Numbered from the stretch's first letter, positions 49,242 to 59,718 are shown. The stretch is DNA of 64,000 nt from an uncultured Pseudomonadota bacterium (GCA_963736005.1 CAVTNB010000001.1:832001-896000); one strand, 5' to 3'. Translations and numbers: made by a program. The notes: generated by a model not told the origin, from the letters alone.

Positions 49242-49922
49242 ATGCAAAGTTCGCAACCGATTGGCTTTCTCTTTGACCTTGACGGCACGCTCATCGATAG
49301 CGTGTACTTGCAGGTGCTAGCCTGGCACAAAGCACTTGGCAACGCCGGCGTATGGTTGTCCATCTGGCGCATCCACCGGCGCATCGGTATGAGCGGCGGC
49401 CTTATGATCAACGCCCTTGCGCGCGAAGTGGGGCGCGACTTTTCCAAAGCTGAGATCGAGCAGCTGCAAAACGATCACGAGTCCGAATACACGAAGATGC
49501 TCGCCTACGTTCGTCCTCTACCGGGCTCCAATGAGCTCCTGGCCGTGCTCTCGGCGGCTGGTATACCACTTGCAATCGCGACCAGCGGCCGAGCGACAAA
49601 GGCGCATCAGTCATTAAGCGTGCTCAAAGTTCCAGCCGACGTTCCGATAATCACTCGCGACGATGTCGCGCACGCAAAACCTGACCCCGATCTCTTTCTC
49701 GCCGCTGCCGCGCGTCTCTCGTTGGCGCCCGAGAACTGTTTAGTGGTCGGCGACAGCGTTTGGGACATCCTAGCCGCGCGTAGAGCGCGTGCGTTAGGTG
49801 TTGGATTGCTTTCTGGCGGATATGGTCGCGAAGAGCTTGTGCAAGCAGGCGCATATCGAGTGTACGATGACCCCGCGGATCTTCTCGCTCATCTTGATGA
49901 GGTCGGAGTCCGCAGCCTCTGA
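49242..49922 (+). CDS. HAD-IA family hydrolase
   Basis: FDLDGTLIDS, IHRRIGMSGG, AKPDPD, VGDSVWD. Confidence 0.92.
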   Translation: MQSSQPIGFLFDLDGTLIDSVYLQVLAWHKALGNAGVWLSIWRIHRRIGMSGGLMINALAREVGRDFSKAEIEQLQNDHESEYTKMLAYVRPLPGSNELLAVLSAAGIPLAIATSGRATKAHQSLSVLKVPADVPIITRDDVAHAKPDPDLFLAAAARLSLAPENCLVVGDSVWDILAARRARALGVGLLSGGYGREELVQAGAYRVYDDPADLLAHLDEVGVRSL

Positions 49923-50015
49923 TTTTACGGGCGCGAATGGCCCTTCCAGCTCGCATCATATGCATCTAAACTCGAGGGGGGCCCTTGGACACACCTCAGC
50001 GTCGGCCGATAGTTA

Positions 50016-51743
50016 ATGAAAGACCGTCTGCGCCCGGAAAGCTGGATGGAAAGCCAAGAACGCGACGTCGTCCTCGAGATCCTTCAGGCAGGTGATAGCT
50101 CGGCATGGCAACTTCTGCCAGACAAACCTGCCGGGTATCCGATTGTCATCCGCAACGGAACATCAGAGAGCCACGATGTTGAGATAAACGTTGTCGACCG
50201 CATCGATTGGGCGACAGTCAACCCGGCACGCTTGGCTTTGCGACCGGGAAGGGAAGCCACCACCCAACTTCTCTTGGCTGCCGGTACAGAAACAAGTGCT
50301 CCCGCTGGGGAATATCCCCTCACCCTGGAGCTACATGACTTCGAGGGCACGTGCTTAGGACAGCTCTCGGCGAGCGTGTACATCGTTCCCTACTATCGTC
50401 TGGAGATGTCTATTCGGGTGCGCGGTCCGCTCTTGCGGCGCAGCCTCGTGGAGGGTTTTGTTCTCCATTGCAAGATCGTCAACCGGGGCAATGCCGAGTG
50501 CGCCGTACAACCGCAGTCCGATGATGACTCCTGCATCATTCTTACCTCTCCAACAGTCCGCATCCCGGTCAGAGGCGAGGTCTCATTCGATATCGAGGCA
50601 CGATGGCAATCCAATCCAATGCGATCGTATCCAGCGGCGGTAAGAGTGCGCACGAGATATCCGCACGGGGAAGTCGTCGCTGAAATGCCATGGGACGATG
50701 TAGTTGCGAGTCTGGGTTCGCTGATCCCACCTCTGCAAGAGGATGAAGGATTTCCCGAGATCATCACGTTGAAATCCATCGCTCGACACGATCCAACGCT
50801 CTTCGAGCCAATGATGCTCGAATCCGAAAGCCCGCAACGCGCGCTCCTCCCCGCGGAGCCACCCGTCAATCCCCCGCCGCGAACGGATCTGCCTTTTCAC
50901 TCGGATAGCTCATCGACACCCATGCGCGTCGAGATCTCACCGACAAGACGAATGAAATACACGTATGGTCGGAGATTGAATCCATGGTGGCCGCCGGCGG
51001 AATGTTTTGGTGGACGCTGGCGCGTCAAAGCACTGCCTATCGTGGCTGTAGCCTTAATATGTTGCGGATTGTTCGTGGCGACAAGGTTGGAAGGCGAGCG
51101 CACACGTGTCCAGACGACTGCGGCGAGTCGCACCAACGCCTTCGCAGTACACGCGCGACGACCAGCTAGGGTTTTTGCAAGCCATCGCGTCGTCGCGCGA
51201 CGAACGCACGGTGAGCCCCCCCGTCTAGTGGTCGAAAAGCGCAAAAGGGTAGTCCTTGCACGACCTGCCTTCGCGTCTCCGGCCCCGCTTCACAGGTCGA
51301 CCCCAAATGAACCCTCAATCCGTAGTGCCGCCGTTTTGACACATCCGGCAGCCGCCGCGGCCAGCGGCAAGGCGCTCACAGGAGTCCGTCAACTTCTCCC
51401 ATGCAACACTGGGACTCAGCAGGCGCTCGCAAATCCGACGTCTGGAAGCGACGGTGTGTCAACGAAGGTGCGTCAGATAAGAATCGTGGCTTCCGGAAAC
51501 AATAACAACCTCTTTAGTACCCACAATGAGTGGATTCTCACGCTCAGCGATAACACTGGCGTGGTATTGACAGGGGGCAGCTTAAGTTTGGTGTCGGATC
51601 CGACGGGGCCGCATCCCTATCCATCGGATTTTTACTATAGTTCGAACATTCCGATGCTTACTGCGGGTCGCAGATACCAAGCTTTCCTCAGTAAACCGAG
51701 CGGCGCATGCGCACCGCAATCGCTGGGCTCGTTCTCAACGTAG
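50016..51743 (+). CDS. hypothetical single-pass membrane protein (N-terminal beta-sandwich-like domains, Pro-rich linker)
   Basis: 575-aa ORF with central TM LPIVAVALICCGLFVA. Confidence 0.6.
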   Translation: MKDRLRPESWMESQERDVVLEILQAGDSSAWQLLPDKPAGYPIVIRNGTSESHDVEINVVDRIDWATVNPARLALRPGREATTQLLLAAGTETSAPAGEYPLTLELHDFEGTCLGQLSASVYIVPYYRLEMSIRVRGPLLRRSLVEGFVLHCKIVNRGNAECAVQPQSDDDSCIILTSPTVRIPVRGEVSFDIEARWQSNPMRSYPAAVRVRTRYPHGEVVAEMPWDDVVASLGSLIPPLQEDEGFPEIITLKSIARHDPTLFEPMMLESESPQRALLPAEPPVNPPPRTDLPFHSDSSSTPMRVEISPTRRMKYTYGRRLNPWWPPAECFGGRWRVKALPIVAVALICCGLFVATRLEGERTRVQTTAASRTNAFAVHARRPARVFASHRVVARRTHGEPPRLVVEKRKRVVLARPAFASPAPLHRSTPNEPSIRSAAVLTHPAAAAASGKALTGVRQLLPCNTGTQQALANPTSGSDGVSTKVRQIRIVASGNNNNLFSTHNEWILTLSDNTGVVLTGGSLSLVSDPTGPHPYPSDFYYSSNIPMLTAGRRYQAFLSKPSGACAPQSLGSFST

Positions 51744-51920
51744 TTATTGCAAGCGGGGCTTGGGCCGGTATTCCAAGTCCTCAGGTTGGAAGCGGTGCTC
51801 GATCAACTCGCCATCGTTCTTCTTGTAGCGAACCACGATCGTGCGCGTGTCCACTTCGATGACTTGCCCTTCGACGCTAAGGTTCTTGATAAACACGTGA
51901 TCGCCGTGTCGTAGTTCCAT
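51744..51920 (-). CDS. small SH3/KOW-like hypothetical protein
   Basis: MELRHGDHVFIKNLSVEGQVIEV...; 58 aa. Confidence 0.6.
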   Translation of the reverse strand: MELRHGDHVFIKNLSVEGQVIEVDTRTIVVRYKKNDGELIEHRFQPEDLEYRPKPRLQ

Positions 51921-51927
51921 CCAGATT

Positions 51928-52446
51928 CTAAGGCGACCAGCCCTGGAAGCCGCCACACGGACCTGACATCGGGTTTAGGTAGGCGTACGAGTTTGGCCAC
52001 CATGCCGCTTGGTCACCGCTGTAACCGTACAATGACAGGAGATCGGGACCGCTGAGGATACCCTGCACCCCGCTATTCCGCCAAGAAAATAGGCCAGCTT
52101 GACTTCCAATTGATAAACCTGACACTGGATCGTAAAAAAGTGAATACGGATCCGCGCCGCACGCTTGCATGCTTGGAAACAATTGACGGGCGTCCCAATA
52201 TGGTGGGTTTGCAAACCGATTGGGTTGCGGAGTGGTCGATCTGGGCAGCCCAGCATTCATAGGATCGGGTTGCCAGGTATTCGATCTTGGAAACCCGGCA
52301 CTTGTCGGATGCGGGCCCTCTTGCGTAGTAGGTCGCTCTTGGGCTGCCGCCCGCTGTGGGAGCGCTAACACCGACAAACTCAACCCCAGCGCCGCAACCA
52401 TCGCCAGCCACAACCCAGACCTCCGAAGCGCAACATTCACGTCCAT
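51928..52446 (-). CDS. hypothetical secreted protein
   Basis: GGAGG RBS; signal peptide ending AAA. Confidence 0.55.
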   Translation of the reverse strand: MDVNVALRRSGLWLAMVAALGLSLSVLALPQRAAAQERPTTQEGPHPTSAGFPRSNTWQPDPMNAGLPRSTTPQPNRFANPPYWDARQLFPSMQACGADPYSLFYDPVSGLSIGSQAGLFSWRNSGVQGILSGPDLLSLYGYSGDQAAWWPNSYAYLNPMSGPCGGFQGWSP

Positions 52447-52688
52447 AACTAGTTTCCTCCGCTCGAGCCCTGTATCAACTCCCATTATACCACTTTTGGC
52501 GTTTTCACGTGTGTTAATAGCGCGAAGGGGAACGACGCAGTGCAGTTCTTTCATTTTACACCGGAACGGAACGGTAGGTTTCCAACGTGACACCGTCAGC
52601 ACCGGCACCATGAGACTTGCATAAGGTTTGGTCCCATCAAACTCGTGAAATAAGAAAGGTAGGCAAAAGCTACGGAGGATCGCCTGCA

Positions 52689-53135
52689 ATGGACCTTACC
52701 AAGACCTATCCACGCAGCCCGAAGGACAAGATGTTGGGGCTCGTTTCGCTCAAGCGCGCTATCGACAAGGCCAAGGCCTACAACGAGGGGCACTTGGGCG
52801 AATATGATTATGATTGCCCCCACGACAAACCGCTTTTCGAGTTTCTCGGTACCAACGGCGAAGAATTCGCTCGCAAGGTAAAAGAACTCGACTCCGATGA
52901 AAAAATCGGCGAGTGGGCTAAACAATTACTGAAGGATAAGACACCTGACGACATCGAGCGTTTCAACAAATCGCGGTTTGCATGGCACCCAGAACCTGGA
53001 AGCCACAGTTACGAGTATTTTGTAAATCAGCGCGACAAGATCGCCCCCGGTCGCGACGACGTCACAACCTGGTTTGATCTGCTCGATCTCGATGAAAAAC
53101 GTCCGGTGCCAAGAGCCACGGTACTGACGCATTAG
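52689..53135 (+). CDS. DUF5069 domain protein
   Basis: MDLTKTYPRSP..LKRAIDKAKA..YDCPHD..FLG..WFDLLDLDE; GGAGG RBS. Confidence 0.85.
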   Translation: MDLTKTYPRSPKDKMLGLVSLKRAIDKAKAYNEGHLGEYDYDCPHDKPLFEFLGTNGEEFARKVKELDSDEKIGEWAKQLLKDKTPDDIERFNKSRFAWHPEPGSHSYEYFVNQRDKIAPGRDDVTTWFDLLDLDEKRPVPRATVLTH

Positions 53136-53138
53136 AAG

Positions 53139-53170
53139 AAAGCCGGTCCGATGACCGGCTTTTCTCTTTA
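53139..53170 (+). terminator. intrinsic terminator
   Basis: AAGCCGGTC-CGAT-GACCGGCTT followed by a T-rich tail. Confidence 0.75.
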
Positions 53171-53196
53171 GTGATTACATCCGCAGATGCCGAGCA

Positions 53197-53601
53197 TCAC
53201 GGGTCGTTGACAGCTAGTCGGTCTGTTATTTCACCAAGCAGTTCAGCCTGATATTGCACAAGTGGATCCGCATTGAGCCAACCGATGACCGTGCGCGCAT
53301 ATCCATAGTCTGTTTCCGCATTTTGTGTTTCGCCAAGCGCCTTCGCAAGGTTCCCAACGGCCACATACTCGCCCGCAAGCATGATCTGACTGTCGTAGAG
53401 GTCGGAACCCGACAGCCCGTTATCGCAAGCAAGCCGGTTGGTAATGGCTGCGTTGAACGTGGTCAAGGCTGCTGAGTTTTCCCCGGCGTCTCGCTGCGAC
53501 TCAGCGGTCTTGTCGGCTGAGTCCGCATCCGAGCACACCGTATCAGCCTTGACAATGGTTGAACTGAGGCAAAGGAGCGCGATGATGATAAGGTATTTCA
53601 T
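53197..53601 (-). CDS. hypothetical secreted helical protein
   Basis: Signal peptide MKYLIIIALLCLSSTIVKA. Confidence 0.65.
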   Translation of the reverse strand: MKYLIIIALLCLSSTIVKADTVCSDADSADKTAESQRDAGENSAALTTFNAAITNRLACDNGLSGSDLYDSQIMLAGEYVAVGNLAKALGETQNAETDYGYARTVIGWLNADPLVQYQAELLGEITDRLAVNDP

Positions 53602-53699
53602 GTGAGCCCTTCCAAAGGAATGCCGGTACGCACATATGACGCGGCAAGCCGCACCAGCATAAAGTACCTAGCTCACACTTCACTTGAGTAGGATTCAGA

Positions 53700-54120
53700 T
53701 CACACGGAGCCGCCGCCCAAAGGCTTGCCGATTTCCCAATGGTGTCCGAACGGGTCGACAATGCGTCCCAAGCGCCAACCGTACTCGTTGCTGACCGGCC
53801 AAACGACGGTGGCTCCCGCCATGACGGCCCGTTCGAACGCGGCATCCGGATCGTCCACGGTCATCACCACGCACCGATCCACCGCCAAGGGATTCGGGGC
53901 TGAAATTTGAGTGCTCGGGCGACTCATCTGCAACCCAAAACTCGGCTTCCCCCACGGACAAGCGAGCGACCACGGCTCCGCTCTCATCCTCGATGCGGAA
54001 CACTTCGCCGGCTCCGAACGCCGCTTTATAAAACTCAACTGCCTTCGCCCCGTTTCGAACCGAGAGCATGGGGGCGATACTCGTTTTCTGATCTTTGGTG
54101 CTCGCTGCCACGTCGCTCAC
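53700..54120 (-). pseudogene. VOC/PhnB-like protein, frameshifted near 53870
   Basis: N-half (APMLSV..AVEFYKAAFGA..SPESLGG) in one frame; C-half (VDDPDAAF..YGWRLGRIVDPFGHHWEIG) in another. Confidence 0.8.
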
Positions 54121-54135
54121 TGGAGGACTTCCTTT

Positions 54136-54576
54136 TTACTTTAGCTTCTGCAAAACATACTGCGCAACATCGTGAAGATCTTGTTGCGACAATTTCCAGC
54201 GCGGCATCATGGGGTTGAGCTTTTGACCTTCGTTGTCGACCCCGGTTGCAATGGCCCGCTCGAGCAGCGGTAGCGTGTACGGGTGCTTCTGCTCGACGAC
54301 GAGAGCCCGATGCCGCAAGTCTGCGCTCACCACAGCGTTGGGTAAGCGCATGCCTCCTGAGCCGTCTGCCCTATGGCATGCCGAACACTTATTGAAGAGC
54401 GGGCGGCTTTGCGCGACAATCTGCACGCCACGCAGATCCTTGCCCGTTTGAAAGATCGCGCGGCCATTGGCAATGGAATCCCAGGGCGTCGCCGCGGCAG
54501 AGGATGTCAGGGTGACTGGTTGCTGCGAGCACCCGACCAAGGCGCATGCTACGGCGATGATTATTTTATTGCGCAT
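54136..54576 (-). CDS. monoheme cytochrome c lipoprotein
   Basis: Lipobox LVGC, CSACH, distal MPRW. Confidence 0.85.
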   Translation of the reverse strand: MRNKIIIAVACALVGCSQQPVTLTSSAAATPWDSIANGRAIFQTGKDLRGVQIVAQSRPLFNKCSACHRADGSGGMRLPNAVVSADLRHRALVVEQKHPYTLPLLERAIATGVDNEGQKLNPMMPRWKLSQQDLHDVAQYVLQKLK

Positions 54577-54626
54577 TTTACTCCACCCGCTGTTGAACGT
54601 CACTATTGACTTTCCCGCTCAGGACT

Positions 54627-54651
54627 GAGGCGATTTTCCAATCGCCTCTAC
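54627..54651 (-). repeat. REP family A variant
   Basis: GAGGCGATTTTCCAATCGCCTCTAC with a compensatory stem change. Confidence 0.8.
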
Positions 54652-54671
54652 AACGGCGTCAATCGATGACA

Positions 54672-55565
54672 TTATTTCCAGGGATCGCCGGTGCGGCGCA
54701 ACAGCGCCGGAACGTTACCAATGTTCCAGCGCGCAAAATAGGCGGCGGTGTCCAGCTCCTTTGAACGCTGCAGCCGCTCAACGTCTTTCCACTGCAACGG
54801 CATCGATACGGGAGCTTTTTCGCGCGCGCGAACGGTGAATGGCATGACGACGGTTTTCCCTCGGCCCACCTGCGCCCAATCCATGTACACCTTGCCGCGT
54901 CCTCGCTTGGCAATCATGCGCTCGAGTGTCACGAACTTAGGGAGCTCCGCCTGCACCGCTAGCGCAATTTCATTGGTCAGCTTGCGGCCCCGCTCATAGC
55001 TCAGGCCACGCGTCCACACAAAAATGTGCAGCCCCGATCCGCCAGTCGATTTTACCATCGGGCGCAGACCTTTCGCGTGCAGCGCTGCTGCAACCGTGAC
55101 TGCCACGGTCGCGAGCGTACCAAGGGTGCACCCGTCGCCGCGGTCGAGGTCGAACAGGACAAAATCCGGTTGATCGAGAGACCCGGTCCGCGACATCCAC
55201 ACATGCAACGCGATGGAGGCGAGATTGGCAACATACGCGAGCGTCGCTTCATCGTTGCAGAGAATGTAGCGGACTTGCTCTCGCTTGCCGCTACTCTTCA
55301 GCGCGACGGTTTTCACCCATGGCGGCAAGCTGGCGGGCGCATTTTTTTCAAAGAATCCCGGCTTGCGGATGCCATTTGGATAGCGCTCCAAGCTCAAAGG
55401 CCGGTCTTTCAAATACGGAAGAATCCATTTGGCGACCCCTCGGTAATAATCGATGAGGTCACCTTTGGTGTAGCCATCTGCAGGCCACAACACTTTGTCC
55501 GGATTGGAAAGCGAAACGGCGTTGCCGCTGATGCGAATACTGGTCGAGACGGACGCTGGCGACAT
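54672..55565 (-). CDS. stand-alone LigD polymerase (primase-polymerase) domain
   Basis: SNPDKVLWP, TKGDLIDYY, RYPNG, FFEKN, LFDLD, KSTGGSGLHI. Confidence 0.88.
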   Translation of the reverse strand: MSPASVSTSIRISGNAVSLSNPDKVLWPADGYTKGDLIDYYRGVAKWILPYLKDRPLSLERYPNGIRKPGFFEKNAPASLPPWVKTVALKSSGKREQVRYILCNDEATLAYVANLASIALHVWMSRTGSLDQPDFVLFDLDRGDGCTLGTLATVAVTVAAALHAKGLRPMVKSTGGSGLHIFVWTRGLSYERGRKLTNEIALAVQAELPKFVTLERMIAKRGRGKVYMDWAQVGRGKTVVMPFTVRAREKAPVSMPLQWKDVERLQRSKELDTAAYFARWNIGNVPALLRRTGDPWK

Positions 55566-55572
55566 GAGGCTT

Positions 55573-56328
55573 CTACGGTTCTTGCAGCATAGTTTGTTGA
55601 GCTTGTTCGAGCGGCAACAAATTCACGCGAATGAGCCCGGCTTGCGGGCTGTCCAAATCAATGATCGCATATGTGAGTGCCACCAGCAACAAACAGAACG
55701 TAACAGAAACAAGCCAGTGGTGAGACTGGCTATGTCCAAACCCAAGCCCAATCATAAACGCCGCAACGCCACGCAGGCGGAAGCCCAATGCAGCTCGCTG
55801 ATCTGCGCCGACGTCGAACATCGCGTTCACGGACTGCGTAATCAGCGAGGTTGCCGGTACTGGACGGCTCGAGAGTTCGCTCGCGGTTATGGACCAGATC
55901 TGCTGTTCCAAGGTGCGGACCTTTTGGTAGTCGAGCTGCTCAAGCGCTGGATCACTCCCATAGCGATAGTAGTCTATCTTCGTTGCGATATATGCCCGCA
56001 TGGCCGACCGAGCTGCTCCGCGGTCTTTCGGCTGGAGTTCTCCCATCCGCAGATAGGTCGTGGAAATCGCATCGGCTTCCGCGACGACAAGATGCCAACG
56101 CTCTTCATAGCGATTGACGGCAAAGGAAAACGAGAAACTCAAAATGAGGCCCACGATGACAAAGATGGAAGCAAGCGCAGTGTTGAGCGCGGCAGCTTGC
56201 AGATCGTTCTTGGGTGGCCCGAGGCGTTTGCCAATAACAAAGCCCAGGCCCGTGAAGCCGAGGGTAATGAGAAAGGCAATAACGAGAAAGGCGTACGGTC
56301 CTAAGCTGAACGCAAAATCGCCGCTCAA
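55573..56328 (-). CDS. DUF4239/bestrophin-like membrane protein
   Basis: GLILSFSFSFAVNRYEER..EADAISTTYLR..IIDLDSP..GLIRV. Confidence 0.7.
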   Translation of the reverse strand: MSGDFAFSLGPYAFLVIAFLITLGFTGLGFVIGKRLGPPKNDLQAAALNTALASIFVIVGLILSFSFSFAVNRYEERWHLVVAEADAISTTYLRMGELQPKDRGAARSAMRAYIATKIDYYRYGSDPALEQLDYQKVRTLEQQIWSITASELSSRPVPATSLITQSVNAMFDVGADQRAALGFRLRGVAAFMIGLGFGHSQSHHWLVSVTFCLLLVALTYAIIDLDSPQAGLIRVNLLPLEQAQQTMLQEP

Positions 56329-56338
56329 AATGTTTGTC

Positions 56339-57322
56339 CTACACGTTCACGCTGCTCATATCAGCATAGCGGGGTCCCTGGAACGCACCCGCGCCGGCAA
56401 CTTTGCCGATCCGATCTAGGTCACCCGCAGAGAGTGTGACGTCCACCGCGGCGCAATTCTCCTCGAGCCGATTGCGGTGACGAGTGCCTGGGATAGGCAC
56501 GATATCGTCGCCTTGGTAGAGCAACCACGCCAGCGCGAGCTGGGCCGGTGTGATGCCCTTGTCTCGCGCGATGGCGCTCAGTTCGTTGACGATCTTGAGA
56601 TTGGCGGTCAAGTTCTCGCTGGCAAAACGTGGATGGCGCGTGCGGCGACTGTCGTCTTGCGCCAAGTCTTGCGGTCCTGCAATTGCTGCCGTGAGCAGCC
56701 CACGCCCCAAGGGGCTATAGGCCACGAATCCGACCCCAAGCTCGCGGCATGTGGGAAGTATTTCGCTCTCAACGAAGCGCGCAAAGAGAGAGTACTCGGT
56801 TTGGAGCGCCGTGATTGGATGCACCGAATGTGCGCGGCGCAGCGTACTTGCGGATGCCTCGCTCAACCCGATATAGTGAACCTTGCCTGCTTTGACTAGC
56901 TCGCTCATTGCCCCGACCGTTTCTTCAATGGGCACCGTTTTGTCCACGCGATGCTGGTAGTACAGATCGATGTGGCTCACTCCCAAGCGCTGCAAGGATG
57001 CCTCACACGCCTTGCGGACATAGTCGGGTTTGCCGTTGATCCCAATCCACTGTCCGTCTTCGCTTCGCTCGTTGCCAAATTTTGTGGCGAGAAAGACCTG
57101 ATCGCGTCTGTCCGCGATCGCGCGGCCCACCAGGCGCTCGTTCGTGAAGGGACCGTACATGTCGGCGGTGTCAAGAAAGTTGCAGCCCAGTTCGAGCGCT
57201 CGATGAATAGTTGCGATGGATTCCGCGTCGTCGCTCGGGCCGTAGAACTCTGACATCCCCATACAACCGAGGCCGATGCTTGAGACGACCGGACCCTTCG
57301 CGCCGAGCCTTCGTTGTTTCAT
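56339..57322 (-). CDS. aldo/keto reductase
   Basis: [38 protein letters not shown]. Confidence 0.93.
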   Translation of the reverse strand: MKQRRLGAKGPVVSSIGLGCMGMSEFYGPSDDAESIATIHRALELGCNFLDTADMYGPFTNERLVGRAIADRRDQVFLATKFGNERSEDGQWIGINGKPDYVRKACEASLQRLGVSHIDLYYQHRVDKTVPIEETVGAMSELVKAGKVHYIGLSEASASTLRRAHSVHPITALQTEYSLFARFVESEILPTCRELGVGFVAYSPLGRGLLTAAIAGPQDLAQDDSRRTRHPRFASENLTANLKIVNELSAIARDKGITPAQLALAWLLYQGDDIVPIPGTRHRNRLEENCAAVDVTLSAGDLDRIGKVAGAGAFQGPRYADMSSVNV

Positions 57323-57380
57323 AAGGTACCCCGATATTGGAGCGGGCGATTCTTCAATGCCCGCTCCGTGCGGATTGCGT

Positions 57381-57890
57381 TTAGGATTGAGCTGCGGGCT
57401 TTTGTACCGGTCGACGCGCGACAATATTGAGCAGCGCCAAGATGGCGGCCGCTGCTAGCGCTAACCAGGGCGCATTTGACGGCCAAGCCGAACTGATGCC
57501 AAGTAGCGCATCCAACGAAAAAACTCCTGGCCCAGCAAACGCGAGCACAAGGGCTCCGCTAATGTAGGTCAACGGCAACTCCGCTCCGTTTTTGCTGGTC
57601 AGAAAGCCGTGTCCGAGATGGACCGTGACGATCGCAACGAGCATGACCATCACCACGAGCGCGGGACCGATGGGGCCCCCCAAGCCAAGCGCGGTGAGTA
57701 CGCCGCCGCCGAACTCCCCGAGCCCCGCACCGAGGGCAAAGAGAGCGCCGGGTCGGAAACCTAGACCCTCCATGAACCCACCCGTTCCTTTGATTCCATA
57801 TCCGCCGTACCAACCGAAGAGCTTCTGGGCGCCGTGCACGGCCATGCCCAAACCCAGGATAATTCTTGCGATGAGGAGCGCGATTTCCAT
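57381..57890 (-). CDS. DoxX family membrane protein
   Basis: [32 protein letters not shown]. Confidence 0.9.
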   Translation of the reverse strand: MEIALLIARIILGLGMAVHGAQKLFGWYGGYGIKGTGGFMEGLGFRPGALFALGAGLGEFGGGVLTALGLGGPIGPALVVMVMLVAIVTVHLGHGFLTSKNGAELPLTYISGALVLAFAGPGVFSLDALLGISSAWPSNAPWLALAAAAILALLNIVARRPVQKPAAQS

Positions 57891-57931
57891 ACCTATAACC
57901 CCTTATATGCGTCTTTGATTACTTAGTGATA

Positions 57932-57950
57932 GTTACTTATGTTTAGTAAC
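57932..57950. promoter_or_regulatory. putative HxlR/DUF24-family operator GTTACT-N7-AGTAAC
   Basis: Perfect inverted repeat between divergent doxX and hxlR-like genes. Confidence 0.7.
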
Positions 57951-58001
57951 CTATGGAGGAAAGGTTAGCACTAACCCGAAGGGGCTGTCAAGAGGTCTCT
58001 T

Positions 58002-58370
58002 GTGCCGCATACCCGAGAACGAGCCGCCTTAAGCGGTTTTTGCCCGCGCTTCCACACCGCCGCCGAGCTCATCGGGCGGCGCTGGACGAGTGCGATTATT
58101 CGCGCGCTCATGGCGGGACGAAGCAGATTTAGCGAGATTGCGGCCGAGGTTCCCGGGGTCTCCGACCGGTTGCTGTGCGAACGTCTACGCGAGCTCGAAG
58201 AAACGCGAATCGTCAAGCGATTGGTCGACCCAGGACCGCCGATTCGCGTCGACTACGTGCTGACGAAGTCCGGGACGGAGTTAGACTCGACGATCCGAGC
58301 GCTAGCCGAATGGGCCGAGCGCTGGATGCCGCTGCCGGAGCACAATGGCGCGCGGCGCAAGCGGAGGTGA
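58002..58370 (+). CDS. HxlR/DUF24 family transcriptional regulator
   Basis: FCP..LIGRRW..RFSEI..SDRLLCERLRELE..RVDYVLT. Confidence 0.9.
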   Translation: MPHTRERAALSGFCPRFHTAAELIGRRWTSAIIRALMAGRSRFSEIAAEVPGVSDRLLCERLRELEETRIVKRLVDPGPPIRVDYVLTKSGTELDSTIRALAEWAERWMPLPEHNGARRKRR

Positions 58371-58399
58371 GCAGGGAACCGTTAGCATAGGACCACCTC

Positions 58400-59080
58400 A
58401 TGTTTTTTAGTACCCAATACTTGCTCTTCGCGATTCCCGGCCTGCTTCTGGCCCTGTGGGCTCAGGCGCTGGTCCGCGGCACGTTTGCGCGCTTCGCGCG
58501 AGTGCCCACATCTACAGGGATCACGGGCGCACAGGTAGCCCAACTCTTGATGGAGCGCACCGGTTTGCGCCTGGCAGTCAACAACATCCCGGGTATGCTG
58601 ACTGATTTCTACAACCCCACCAACAAATCGATCAACCTCTCGCAGAGTTCGGTTCAGAATTCGGTCGCGTCAGTTGCCGTCGTTGCGCACGAGATCGGCC
58701 ACGCAGTTCAGGATGCGCAGGGATACGTGCCCATGCGCTTGCGGGGTGCCATGGTGCCCGCGGTGAAACTGGGGTCGTGGGTCGGGCCGTTGCTCTTCAT
58801 CGTCGGCTTCATGTTGGCGAATCTGAATCTCGTGTGGGCCGGCATTATTTTCTTCGGTGCCTCAGTCGTCTTTGCAATCCTCACGCTTCCTGTGGAGCTC
58901 AATGCGAGCAGCCGCGCGATGCAGCTGCTAACGACAACTGGCGTCCTCGCGAATTCACAAGAGGTGGATGGCGCTCGCAAAGTGCTCAACGCCGCGGCAT
59001 TCACCTACGTGGCAGCCGCGGCACAATCGCTGCTCACCCTCCTGTACTACGTCAGTCTCGTCAGCGGTCGGCGCCGATAA
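58400..59080 (+). CDS. YugP-like membrane zinc metallopeptidase
   Basis: LTDFYNP, AHEIGHAVQ, TLPVELNASSRA, AAAFTYVA. Confidence 0.9.
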   Translation: MFFSTQYLLFAIPGLLLALWAQALVRGTFARFARVPTSTGITGAQVAQLLMERTGLRLAVNNIPGMLTDFYNPTNKSINLSQSSVQNSVASVAVVAHEIGHAVQDAQGYVPMRLRGAMVPAVKLGSWVGPLLFIVGFMLANLNLVWAGIIFFGASVVFAILTLPVELNASSRAMQLLTTTGVLANSQEVDGARKVLNAAAFTYVAAAAQSLLTLLYYVSLVSGRRR

Positions 59081-59093
59081 ACTGACGTTCTTT

Positions 59094-59119
59094 GGGGCGA
59101 TTTTCCAATCGCCCCCTAC
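59094..59119 (-). repeat. REP family A
   Basis: GGGGCGATTTTCCAATCGCCCCCTAC, identical to 3561-3586. Confidence 0.85.
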
Positions 59120-59131
59120 AAAGGAGAGACC

Positions 59132-59674
59132 ATGCTTGCGCAATTAAAGCAAAACTGGTGGATACTTGCATTGCGCGGCGTACTGGCTGTTTTATTTGCC
59201 ATCCTCGCCTTCTTATGGCCAGTCGCCACTGCATTCGCATTCGTCTTCATTCTCGCTGCTTTCGCGTTCGTCGAAGGCATCTTTGCCCTTGCTGGTGCAT
59301 TCGGGTGGGGGCTGCCCGCCGGACAACGGCTCGTTCTCGTCCTCATAGGAGTGCTGGGACTTGCGGTTGGCATCCTCGCCGTGCTGTATCCGGGCATCAC
59401 TGCGGTAACACTCGTTTTCTTCGTGGCATGGTGGGCAATCGTCACGGGCATCCTTCAGCTAGTCGTGGCTGTCGAAATGCGCAAGTCAATCCCCAATGAT
59501 TGGCTGCTCGTTTTGAGTGGTCTCATCTCAGTAGCATTTGGCGTGCTGCTCATTTGGCGACCGCTGGCAGGCGTGCTTACCCTGGCGTATCTCTTCGGCT
59601 TTTACGCGTTGATTTATGGCTTCATGCTGCTGGGCCTGAGCTTCCGAGTCAAGCGATTGGGTGAAGCGCTCTAA
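59132..59674 (+). CDS. HdeD/DUF308 family membrane protein
   Basis: NWWILALRGVLAVLF..WAIVTGILQL..SGLISVAFG. Confidence 0.88.
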   Translation: MLAQLKQNWWILALRGVLAVLFAILAFLWPVATAFAFVFILAAFAFVEGIFALAGAFGWGLPAGQRLVLVLIGVLGLAVGILAVLYPGITAVTLVFFVAWWAIVTGILQLVVAVEMRKSIPNDWLLVLSGLISVAFGVLLIWRPLAGVLTLAYLFGFYALIYGFMLLGLSFRVKRLGEAL

Positions 59675-59718
59675 AAGGATTTCGGTCGGGAATAAATTGT
59701 TCTCACCGTGACCTACAA

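Noticed and set aside
48399..49256. 285-aa minus-strand ORF
   Set aside because: Antisense to the serine protease; only its far end overlaps the recombinase stub.
48455..54626. Terminal attR of the tRNA island
   Set aside because: I could not find a fourth core copy by eye, so the right boundary is left undefined.
55720..55800. Possible in-frame deletion of a TM segment in the bestrophin-like gene
   Set aside because: Based only on remembered family length; needs an alignment.
55495..56304. 269-aa plus-strand ORF
   Set aside because: Antisense shadow of the bestrophin-like membrane gene.
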